Source of the DNA: an uncultured Phycisphaeraceae bacterium | GTDB taxonomy: Bacteria; Planctomycetota; Phycisphaerae; Phycisphaerales; Phycisphaeraceae | Direction of reading: 5' to 3' | Length of the DNA stretch: 16,000 nucleotides | Assembly (NCBI GenBank): GCA_964471555.1 | Contig: CAYYGM010000019.1 | Coordinates: forward strand, 22,716 to 38,715 | Part shown: piece by piece, positions 5,095 through 12,524 of the stretch | Layout of the letters: each line of letters begins with the position of its first letter | Numbering within the stretch: the stretch's first letter is position 1 | Made by a program: the position numbers and the translations under genes | Notes under the pieces: model-generated | Databases searched by the model: none | What the model saw: only the letters and a program-made list of their open reading frames with translations | Told to the model about the DNA's origin: nothing

Positions 5095-8000
5095 ATGGCC
5101 GACAGTGCGTCCAACTCTTTTGTACACCTGCATTTACACACGCAATACTCCCTCCTCGACGGGGGCAATCGCATCGACCGTCTGATAGCCCGGGTCAAAG
5201 AACTGGGCATGGACGCGGTGGCGATGACCGACCACGGCAATCTGTTCGGCGCCGTGGAGTTTTACACCAAGGCCAAAGCCGCCCACGTCAAGCCGATCCT
5301 GGGCATCGAGGCTTACATCGCGCCCGATCTGGACGGCAAACCCTCCGATCGCACCAGCCGCGAGTACACCGGCGTGCAGGACGGCGGCTTCCACCTCGTG
5401 CTGCTGGCGGAGAACAACACCGGCTGGCGCAACCTGCTCAAGCTCTCCAGCGATTCCTACATCCACGGCTTCTACTACAAGCCGCGCATGGACAAGACCA
5501 CGCTCACCCAGTGGTCCGACGGCCTGATCGCCATCAACGGGCACCTCGGTTCGTCCATCGGCTACTACATGGTCAAGTTCGAGCAGTCCCGCGACCAGCG
5601 CCACTACGAAGCCGCCAAACGCGAGGCGCTCTGGCATGCCGAGGTCTTCAAGCCCAGCGAGAAAGGCGAGCCGCGCTTCTTCCTGGAACTGCAATCCCAC
5701 GAGGAGCAGTTGCAGGAGCAGATCAACCCGCACATCGTGCGCCTGGCCCGCGAGTTGAACCTGCCGCTGATCGCTGACAACGACGCCCACTTTCTGACGG
5801 CCGAGGACTATGACGCCCACGACACGCTCTGCTGCATCTCGATGGGCAAGATCAAGAGCGAGCAGAGCCGGCTGCACTATCCGCGCGATCTGTACGTCAA
5901 GCCCCCGGAAGTGATGCGCCGCCGTTTCTGTGATGAGTTGCAACTGCCCGAAGCGATCGACAACGCGGTGGCCGTGGCCGAGCGCTGCCACGTGGATCTG
6001 AAGTTCGGCGTCAGCCACGCCCCGGTGGTGCGCGTGGTCAAACACGAGGCCGACGACAATCTGAAGCAACTGCCCGAAGGTTCCACCGAGTGGTTCAAGG
6101 CTTTCTGCGCCCACTACGAGTTGCTGCCGGTTGACACGCACAAGCAGAAGGTGGACATCGCCCAGTTGAACAAGGCTTGCGATGCCGCCCTGCGCGATCT
6201 GTGCGAGGCGGGACTGATCTGGCGCTACGGCGCTTCCGGGACTTCCGGGGGCGGCGTCACCGACGACATCCGGGCCCGGCTCGAGCGCGAGTTGAAAGTG
6301 CTGGGCGATAAGTCCATCAGCGCCTACTTCCTGATCGTGTGGGACTTCGTCAACGAAGCCCGCCGCCGCGGCATCCCCGCCAACGCCCGCGGCTCCGGCG
6401 TCGGCACCATGGTCGGCTACTGCCTCGGTCTGTCCAACGCATGCCCCGTCAAGTACGGCCTGCTCTTCGAGCGATTCACCGATCCCGATCGCTCCGAGTA
6501 TCCCGACATCGACATCGACATGTGCCAGGACGGCCGCGGCGAGATCCTCCAGTACGTGCGCGACAAGTACGGCCACGTCGCCCAGATCATCACCTTCGGC
6601 ACGCTCAAAGCACGGGCGGCCATCCGCGACGTCGGCCGCGTGCTCGATGTGCCGCTGAGCGAAGTCGATCAACTGTGCAAGCTCGTCGGCGACGGCCTGG
6701 GCATGACCATCGACAAGGCCCTGGCCCAGGAGCCCAAGCTCGCCAAGCTCTACAAGGAATCGCAGCAGACCCGCCAACTGATCGACACCGCCCGCCAACT
6801 CGAAGGCATGACTCGTCATGCCGGCGTCCACGCGGCCGGCGTCGTCATCGCCACGCAACCGCTGGACAACCTGATCCCGCTCTACCAGCCGGCCGGCACC
6901 ACCCAACTGGTCACGCAGTGGGACGGCCCCACGGTGGAAAAAGTCGGCCTGCTCAAGATGGACTTCCTGGGCCTGCGCACGCTGTCAATCATCGAGCGAG
7001 CGCGGCAACTGATCCGCAAGACGCTCAGCGAAGAACAGATCCGCGCCGCGGTAGAATCGGGTATCGGGATTCGGGTATCGGGTATCGGGAAGACTTCCGA
7101 CAACGGTTCTACGACACCCGACACCCGACACCCGATACCCGATCACGATCCGCTCGACCTGGATCGCCTGACCTACGACGATCCCAGGGTGCTGGACCTG
7201 TTTGCCCGCGGCGAGACAGCCGGCGTGTTCCAGTTTGAATCCGGCGGCATGCGCAACACGCTGCTGGCCATGAAGCCCGACCGCTTCGAAGACCTGATCG
7301 CCGCCAACGCGCTGTTCCGGCCCGGGCCGATGGAGTTGATCCCCAACTACGCCAACCGCAAACACGGCCGCGAACAGGTGCCACGCGTGCACGAGGTAGT
7401 CGATCGCATCACCGCTGAGACCTACGGCATCATGGTCTACCAGGAACAGGTGATGCAGGTGCTCAACCAGCTTGGCGGTATTCCCCTGCGCGCTGCGTAC
7501 AGCATCATCAAGGCCATCAGCAAGAAAAAAGAGAAGACCATCAATGCCGCCCGCGAGGACTTCGTGGCCGGCGCCAGCCAGCGCGGCGTCAACAAGCGGC
7601 AGGCGGAGGAGATGTTCGAGCTGATCCTCAAGTTTGCAGGCTACGGCTTCAACAAGTCGCACTCCACCGGCTACGCCATCGTCGCTTACCAGACCGCATA
7701 CCTCAAGACCTATTTCCCCGTGCAGTACATGGCCGCGGTGCTCACCTACGAATCGGTCAGCACCGACAAGGTGGTCGAGTACATCGACGAATGCCGCCGC
7801 TGCCGCCTGCCTAACGGTGAACACGGCATCGAAGTGCGCCCGCCGGACATCAACCTGTCGGAGATTGCTTTCACCGTGGTCTATGACAAGGACGAGCCGC
7901 GCGATCCTTCGCATGGGCACATCCGTTTCGGGCTCAGTGCCGTCAAGGGCGTGGGTGAGAAGGCCATCAGCGCCATCATGCAGGAGCGCGAGAAGTCCGG

Positions 8001-9090
8001 GCCGTTCAAGGGCCTGTACGACTTCTGCGAGCGCGTGCCGCCGGGCACGGTGAATCGGGCCACGATTGAAGCCCTGATCAAATGCGGCGCCTTCGACAGC
8101 CTGCACGGCGTCGAGCAGCGCGCGGCCATGCTGGAGGCGCTGGACGCTGCGATTCAACTCGGCCAGCGCGCAGCCCGCGATCGCGCCAGCGGCCAGATGA
8201 ACTTCTTCAGCGCGGCGGCGGAGGCCGATTCATCGGCCGTCTCCTCCACCCCCGCCCCCGAGGCCATGTTGCCGCGCGTCGAGCCCTGGTCGCGCCAGCA
8301 GCAGCTCAAGCACGAAAAGGACGTGCTGGGTTTTTACATCTCCGCTCACCCGCTGGACGAGCATGCCGATCAGTTGGCCCGCTTCAGCAACGTGGCGGTC
8401 GCTGACATTCGCCGCCTGCCCGCCGACACGCCGGTGATCGTGGCCGGGATGATCAGTCGCCTGCGCCCCACGCGCACCAAGAAGGGCGACGCCATGGCCA
8501 TGCTCACGCTGGAAGACAAGACCGGCTCCATCGAGGCTGTCGCCTTCCCGCGCACCTTCGCTGTCTGCTCCGCGCTGTTGCAGCAGGACGCCATCGTTTA
8601 CCTGGAAGGCAAAGTCGATCGCCGCCGCGAGGAGCCCAACATCATCATCGATGCGGTGACGTCCATGGCCGAGGCCGAAGCGATGTACACCCGGGCGGTC
8701 AAGATCACCATGCACGATCCGTCACCTGCCGGCGCGGGCACTGTGTTCCAAAGTCGGTTGACGGACCTGAAGGAAGTGCTGCGTCAGGCCGGCCAGCGCC
8801 AGGCTCCGCGGCGAGCGGAGGTGATCTGCGAACTGCACCAGGCGGGCAAGGTGGTGACGCTGCGGCTCAACGGCCTGCGCGTGGCGGTGGACCAGCACCT
8901 GCTCAGCGGCGTGCGCGGCGTCCTGTCCCGCGCTGCCGGCGGACAGGTTGCCTGCGAGCCCATCGGCCCGCCGCGCCTGAACGTGCCCACTTCGCAGCCG
9001 GCCGATGACGACATGGACGAAGCCCCGCTGATCACCGTCGGCAGCGGACGCAGCGGCGGCGAAGTCTGCGCCAGCATCGACCGGTACTGA
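5095..9090 (+). CDS. dnaE: DNA polymerase III alpha subunit
   Basis: 1331-aa ORF. It has the PHP domain motif FVHLHLHTQYSLLDG, the conserved GETAGVFQFESGGM and ALFRPGP motifs, an OB fold and a C-terminal domain. A GGAGG lies 11 nt upstream of the ATG. Confidence 0.97.
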   Translation: MADSASNSFVHLHLHTQYSLLDGGNRIDRLIARVKELGMDAVAMTDHGNLFGAVEFYTKAKAAHVKPILGIEAYIAPDLDGKPSDRTSREYTGVQDGGFHLVLLAENNTGWRNLLKLSSDSYIHGFYYKPRMDKTTLTQWSDGLIAINGHLGSSIGYYMVKFEQSRDQRHYEAAKREALWHAEVFKPSEKGEPRFFLELQSHEEQLQEQINPHIVRLARELNLPLIADNDAHFLTAEDYDAHDTLCCISMGKIKSEQSRLHYPRDLYVKPPEVMRRRFCDELQLPEAIDNAVAVAERCHVDLKFGVSHAPVVRVVKHEADDNLKQLPEGSTEWFKAFCAHYELLPVDTHKQKVDIAQLNKACDAALRDLCEAGLIWRYGASGTSGGGVTDDIRARLERELKVLGDKSISAYFLIVWDFVNEARRRGIPANARGSGVGTMVGYCLGLSNACPVKYGLLFERFTDPDRSEYPDIDIDMCQDGRGEILQYVRDKYGHVAQIITFGTLKARAAIRDVGRVLDVPLSEVDQLCKLVGDGLGMTIDKALAQEPKLAKLYKESQQTRQLIDTARQLEGMTRHAGVHAAGVVIATQPLDNLIPLYQPAGTTQLVTQWDGPTVEKVGLLKMDFLGLRTLSIIERARQLIRKTLSEEQIRAAVESGIGIRVSGIGKTSDNGSTTPDTRHPIPDHDPLDLDRLTYDDPRVLDLFARGETAGVFQFESGGMRNTLLAMKPDRFEDLIAANALFRPGPMELIPNYANRKHGREQVPRVHEVVDRITAETYGIMVYQEQVMQVLNQLGGIPLRAAYSIIKAISKKKEKTINAAREDFVAGASQRGVNKRQAEEMFELILKFAGYGFNKSHSTGYAIVAYQTAYLKTYFPVQYMAAVLTYESVSTDKVVEYIDECRRCRLPNGEHGIEVRPPDINLSEIAFTVVYDKDEPRDPSHGHIRFGLSAVKGVGEKAISAIMQEREKSGPFKGLYDFCERVPPGTVNRATIEALIKCGAFDSLHGVEQRAAMLEALDAAIQLGQRAARDRASGQMNFFSAAAEADSSAVSSTPAPEAMLPRVEPWSRQQQLKHEKDVLGFYISAHPLDEHADQLARFSNVAVADIRRLPADTPVIVAGMISRLRPTRTKKGDAMAMLTLEDKTGSIEAVAFPRTFAVCSALLQQDAIVYLEGKVDRRREEPNIIIDAVTSMAEAEAMYTRAVKITMHDPSPAGAGTVFQSRLTDLKEVLRQAGQRQAPRRAEVICELHQAGKVVTLRLNGLRVAVDQHLLSGVRGVLSRAAGGQVACEPIGPPRLNVPTSQPADDDMDEAPLITVGSGRSGGEVCASIDRY
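7054..7146 (+). repeat. Heptamer-array hairpin, family 3 (NATCGGG / CACCCGA units), inserted in frame in dnaE
   Basis: TCGGG occurs at 7057, 7064, 7071, 7078 and 7085. CCCGA occurs at 7117, 7124, 7131 and 7138, with a strict 7-bp period. The spacer is 25 nt. Positions 7056-7068 are a perfect reverse complement of 7131-7143. The element encodes ESGIGIRVSGIGKTSDNGSTTPDTRHPIPDH. Confidence 0.85.
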
Positions 9091-9095
9091 TGTGT

Positions 9096-9151
9096 GAGCG
9101 AGCCGCGTTGTGTCAACGCGGAACACCGCCGCGACACGCGGCGGCTCGCTT
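9096..9151 (+). other. Three-way-junction-type RNA/DNA structure immediately 3' of dnaE
   Basis: The outer stem pairs GAGCGAG (9096-9102) with CTCGCTT (9145-9151). It encloses two perfect 8-bp hairpins with 3-nt loops: CCGCGTTG-tgt-CAACGCGG (9103-9121) and CCGCCGCG-aca-CGCGGCGG (9126-9144). No U-tract follows. Confidence 0.5.
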
Positions 9152-9305
9152 GTGATATCATCACCATCTGATGGCAACTGCCTGAGCAACAGCCCGGCCG
9201 ACCGCCGCCCCACGGCGCGGTGACTGCGCACACGTCTTGATGTGCCGGGCTGATCCTCCGCTTGTGTCCGTTGTTTTCCCCGCACACGCGCGCGAGTTGC
9301 TCCCC

Positions 9306-9653
9306 ATGTCATCCGGTTTCACCTGCATTCACTGTCGCCAGCCGGTGGACGGCCGCTCGTTCGGCACCCGGCATCGCAATCACTGTCCCTATTGCCTGTG
9401 GTCGCGCCACGTGGACGTCCAGCCCGGCGATCGCCAATGCGCCTGCCGCGCCCCGATGCGCCCGATCGGCATCGAGGTGCGCGATGCTGCAACCTCCGGC
9501 GGGGGCGAATGGGCCATCATCCATCGCTGCACCGGCTGCGGCGCCATCAAGGTCAACCGCATTGCCGGCGACGACCGCGAGCTGGCCCTGCTGCAACTGG
9601 TGCTGCGTCCGCTGGCCAATCCGCCGTTCCCGCTGGATCATTTGCCCAGTTGA
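9306..9653 (+). CDS. RNHCP domain-containing protein (Cys-rich, function unknown)
   Basis: I placed the start at the ATG at 9306. The literal motif TRHRNHCPYCLWSRH is present, along with additional CxxC pairs (CIHC, CTGC). The upstream part of the tracked ORF (9237-9305) looks non-coding. Confidence 0.8.
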   Translation: MSSGFTCIHCRQPVDGRSFGTRHRNHCPYCLWSRHVDVQPGDRQCACRAPMRPIGIEVRDAATSGGGEWAIIHRCTGCGAIKVNRIAGDDRELALLQLVLRPLANPPFPLDHLPS

Positions 9654-9748
9654 TGTCTGATGTGTGATTGCTGATCTCTGATGTGAGAACCGCAACTCAT
9701 CCCTGCCTTTTTACATCAGCAATCAGCCATCAGCGATCAGACATCATC
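9651..9748. repeat. Heptamer-array hairpin, family 4 (TGATSTS / NATCAGC units), between convergent genes
   Basis: TGA occurs at 9651, 9658, 9665, 9672 and 9679. TCA occurs at 9716, 9723, 9730, 9737 and 9744, with a strict 7-bp period and 5 units per arm. Positions 9651-9661 are a perfect complement of 9736-9746. About 29 of 36 arm positions can pair, and the loop is about 25 nt. Both flanking stop codons lie inside the arms. Confidence 0.8.
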
Positions 9749-9949
9749 TTCCACCCGGGCAATCGCCTTGCGGTCCCTGTCATAGATGTACAGCTTGCCC
9801 GGTTCAGCTTCATGCGAGCGGCAGAGCTTGTGCGAGCCGTCGCAGAGGGGCAGTTTCTGGCTCAGGCCGCAGCCGCAGATCCAGGCGCTTTTTTCCTGGG
9901 GCTTGATCTCGTAAGGTCCAAGCTGATCGTGTCGCACCATTCTGGCCAT
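9737..9949 (-). CDS. CDGSH iron-sulfur domain protein (mitoNEET-like [2Fe-2S])
   Basis: I placed the start at the ATG at 9949, which has an AAGGAG 7 nt upstream. The 70-aa product contains CGCGLSQKLPLCDGSHK. Confidence 0.8.
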   Translation of the reverse strand: MARMVRHDQLGPYEIKPQEKSAWICGCGLSQKLPLCDGSHKLCRSHEAEPGKLYIYDRDRKAIARVEDDV

Positions 9950-9969
9950 GGGTTGGCTCCTTTCGCCCT

Positions 9970-9994
9970 CATCATAGGCACTCCGACTATGATG
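9970..9994. promoter_or_regulatory. Perfect 8-bp inverted repeat CATCATAG-N9-CTATGATG in the 52-bp divergent promoter region; each arm reads TATGAT toward its gene
   Basis: The repeat is seen directly at 9970-9977 and 9987-9994. TATGAT at 9988-9993 lies 8 nt upstream of the MFS ATG at 10002. The mirrored TATGAT faces the CDGSH gene. Confidence 0.4.
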
Positions 9995-10001
9995 GATCGA
10001 C

Positions 10002-11207
10002 ATGTCCGTGCTGGCGTCAACGCGCTATGGGCGGCGGGCGTTGTTCGCGGCCCTGTATTTTTCGGAAGGCGCGCCCATTGGTTTTCTGTGGTGGGCGCTG
10101 CCGGTGCTGCTGCGCCGTCACGACATGCCGGTGCAGGTGATCGGCTCGACGCTGGCCATGCTGGCGCTGCCGTGGACGATCAAGTTCCTGTGGGCGCCGA
10201 TGGTCGATCGCCTGCGCGGCCGGCAATGGGGGCATCGGGCCTGGATCGTCAGCGCCCAATTGCTGATGGGTCTGACGCTGCTGCCGTTGGTCTGGCTGGA
10301 TCCGGCCCGGGACTTCGGCGTCGTGTGGTGGCTGTTGCTGGCTCACGCCCTGGCCGCCACCACGCAGGACGTGGCCATCGACGCCTGGGCCATTCATCTG
10401 ACCCAGCGTGATGAGCGGGCCGGCCTCAGCGGTTTCATGCAGGCGGGCATGCTCAGCGGGCGCTGGCTGTTCGGCGCGGGTCTGCTGTTGTTGCGGGGCA
10501 CACTGCCGCAGGCGCTGGTGATCGGACTGCTGGTGGCAGCCGTGTGGTGCACGACGTTGCTGGTGCTGATCGCCGGACCGGGCCGGGCAAGCCGGGATCA
10601 ACCGATGGGCAAATTCTGGCCTGTGATCAAACAGGTGCTGAGTCGGCGCAACACATGGTTGGGGATGGCTCTTGCCTTGCTGGCGGGGGCGGCCTTCGAA
10701 TCGACGGCTGGTATGGCGGGCGTGCTGCTGACGGACATGGGCTTCAGTGAAACCCAGAGCGGCGCCTACTTCACCGCTCGCGTCGTGGCCATGCTCAGCG
10801 GGTCGCTGGCCGGTGGATTGTTATTCGATCGCCTGTCACGGCGAATATCGGTAGGCGGCTCGATCGTGTACGTGGCACTGGCTGTCGGCGCGGTGGCGGG
10901 TTGCACCGCACTGGACCTGCCGCGCGGAGCGTACGTGGCCCTGGTGGCGATGGACCTGGGCATCGGGCTGCTGACTGCCTCGTCGTATGCCCTGTGGATG
11001 GACCTGACCGACGACCGCATCGGCGGCACGCAGTTCAGCGCTTACATGGGTGCGACCAACGCCTGTGAAGTGTGGGCCATCTTTCTCGTGGGACAACTGG
11101 CGGCCGGCTATGGTTACGCGGCGGCGTTCAGTGTGATGGCGCTGTTGAGTCTGCTGGCGCTGCCGGTGCTGGGGATGATTAGCGAAGGCGAAGCTCAGTC
11201 ATCGTAG
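10002..11207 (+). CDS. AmpG-like MFS permease (PAT family)
   Basis: 401-aa polytopic membrane protein. It carries the family signature LPWTIKFLWAPMVDR after the first TM pair, preceded by LYFSEGAPIGF. Confidence 0.8.
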   Translation: MSVLASTRYGRRALFAALYFSEGAPIGFLWWALPVLLRRHDMPVQVIGSTLAMLALPWTIKFLWAPMVDRLRGRQWGHRAWIVSAQLLMGLTLLPLVWLDPARDFGVVWWLLLAHALAATTQDVAIDAWAIHLTQRDERAGLSGFMQAGMLSGRWLFGAGLLLLRGTLPQALVIGLLVAAVWCTTLLVLIAGPGRASRDQPMGKFWPVIKQVLSRRNTWLGMALALLAGAAFESTAGMAGVLLTDMGFSETQSGAYFTARVVAMLSGSLAGGLLFDRLSRRISVGGSIVYVALAVGAVAGCTALDLPRGAYVALVAMDLGIGLLTASSYALWMDLTDDRIGGTQFSAYMGATNACEVWAIFLVGQLAAGYGYAAAFSVMALLSLLALPVLGMISEGEAQSS

Positions 11208-12385
11208 TTGCCGAACTCCAGAGCCGCGGCATACATGGCAGCCAGGTTTTCCTCGGGCACCAGCGGCGGCAGATTGTGGGCTTCGCGCAACACGAAACGT
11301 TTGCCCGCCATCACGCCGCTTTGCAGGATCTGCCGCGAGCGCTCGAACACCTGCTCAGGCGAACCCTTGAGCAGCAGCGGCACCGGGGGCCCGCCCTGGA
11401 TCATGACGTCCTCACCCAGCTTTCGCCGCAGGTCGCCGTGGTCCACGGGGAAGCCGGTGTCGAAGACGGTGATGTTGATCTCCTCGTGCATGGCGGGGAA
11501 CAGGTGCGTGGCGTTGCCGCACATGTGCAGGGCACGCTCGCTGTCGGGCGCTGCGCCGCAGCCGTCGGTTTCCTGGATGCGATACAGACGGTCGTGGTGC
11601 GGCTTGACCAGCGTGCGCCATTGCTCAACACCCAGCATGGCGCAGGCGTCGTCGGCGATGTGATGATGCGGCGGGCGGACGATGGCGCCGTCGAACGCTT
11701 TCAGCAAGGCGCGGCGGCGATGAGCGACCGAATCGACCACGAAGGCCATCAGCTTCTGTGCATACTCCGGCTCCGTGAGCAGGTCCATGAGGAAAGTCGG
11801 ACCGCGCAGGTTGCAGCCGATGGTGACCGGCCCGTCCGTGCCCAGATAGCTGACCGGCAGCAGCTTGACCGGCCGACCCTCGAATGTCATGCCGTCAGCC
11901 AGCTTCTTCATGTCGCGCCACATGCGCAGTTGATGTTTCCAGTAAGGCGTTTCCAGCGGGTGCTCGATATCGACGTCGAACACCTCGTTTCGCCGATCGT
12001 CGTCGGCGAAAGGCGGCGGCTCGGTGGTCGGCACCTGGTCCGGGGGGAAGCACACCTGGCCCCCAAACGCGGCCGCCTCGTACACGTTGTGCAGGTACAG
12101 CGGAACTTCCCAAACGTCCGGCAATTCGTGCGGCCAATCCGAATGTCTGCTGATCACCTGCCGGTTGAACAGCAGGTGCTGAAGTTCCATCTTCAGATGG
12201 GCCCTGGGATCGTGGTAGCAATCCTCGAAGCTGTATCCGTCGGGATTCCAATCCGGCAGAACCATCACCACGCGCACGTTGGTCTTGATGAACATGGGCA
12301 CGCGCGTGTGCCTGCCTTCGCGGTAGGCCCGCCACAAGGCAGCCTTTTCCTGATCGCTGATGATCGGATGTTCGAGCAGGGGCAT
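11195..12385 (-). CDS. Uroporphyrinogen decarboxylase (URO-D) superfamily protein, MtaA/CmuA-like, paralog 1
   Basis: 396-aa ORF. It has the LHMCGNATHLFP (H-x-C) motif and the C-terminal pattern GKRFVLREAHNLPPLVPEENLAAMYAAALEFG typical of URO-D-fold enzymes. It is about 70% identical to the adjacent paralog. Confidence 0.75.
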   Translation of the reverse strand: MPLLEHPIISDQEKAALWRAYREGRHTRVPMFIKTNVRVVMVLPDWNPDGYSFEDCYHDPRAHLKMELQHLLFNRQVISRHSDWPHELPDVWEVPLYLHNVYEAAAFGGQVCFPPDQVPTTEPPPFADDDRRNEVFDVDIEHPLETPYWKHQLRMWRDMKKLADGMTFEGRPVKLLPVSYLGTDGPVTIGCNLRGPTFLMDLLTEPEYAQKLMAFVVDSVAHRRRALLKAFDGAIVRPPHHHIADDACAMLGVEQWRTLVKPHHDRLYRIQETDGCGAAPDSERALHMCGNATHLFPAMHEEINITVFDTGFPVDHGDLRRKLGEDVMIQGGPPVPLLLKGSPEQVFERSRQILQSGVMAGKRFVLREAHNLPPLVPEENLAAMYAAALEFGNYDD

Positions 12386-12524
12386 GCGTTCACTCTTTTG
12401 TTGTAAGGTTCAGGTCAGCAACGTGTACCGTGAGTTCAATCTACCACCAGCCGCCGTGAAATCGGCGTCTTTTCCGCCGATGCGCCTGAAATGACATACG
12501 ACACACCGATTTCGGCAGGCGGCT

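Noticed and set aside
7054-7146. The dnaE insert as an intein or mini-intein remnant
   Set aside because: It is only about 31 residues long. It has no Cys/Ser/Thr at the N-terminal junction followed by intein blocks, and no His-Asn C-terminal junction. The nucleotide-level heptamer palindrome explains the segment better.
5134-8157. Very long minus-strand ORFs (5134-6906, 590 aa; 6985-8157, 390 aa) and plus-strand off-frame ORFs (4638-5777, 6339-7238, 7634-8053) overlapping dnaE
   Set aside because: Their composition is that of high-GC shadow ORFs: rich in Arg, Ala, Gly, Pro and His with no recognisable motifs. They lie entirely within the strongly supported dnaE frame. The absence of stops antisense to a GC3-rich gene is expected.
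9152-9262. Scattered TGATGTG / CTGATCC-like fragments (for example 9152-9172 and 9237-9262) as decayed family 4 heptamer arrays upstream of the RNHCP gene
   Set aside because: They are too short and irregular: no sustained 7-bp period and no inverted partner. They could easily be chance matches to a low-information unit.
12450-12480. ATCGGCG-tcttttc-CGCCGAT hairpin between the two URO-D paralogs as a terminator of paralog 2
   Set aside because: The 7-bp stem is real, but on the minus strand it is followed only by UUUCAC. The paralogs may well be co-transcribed, so the evidence is not strong enough for a feature call.
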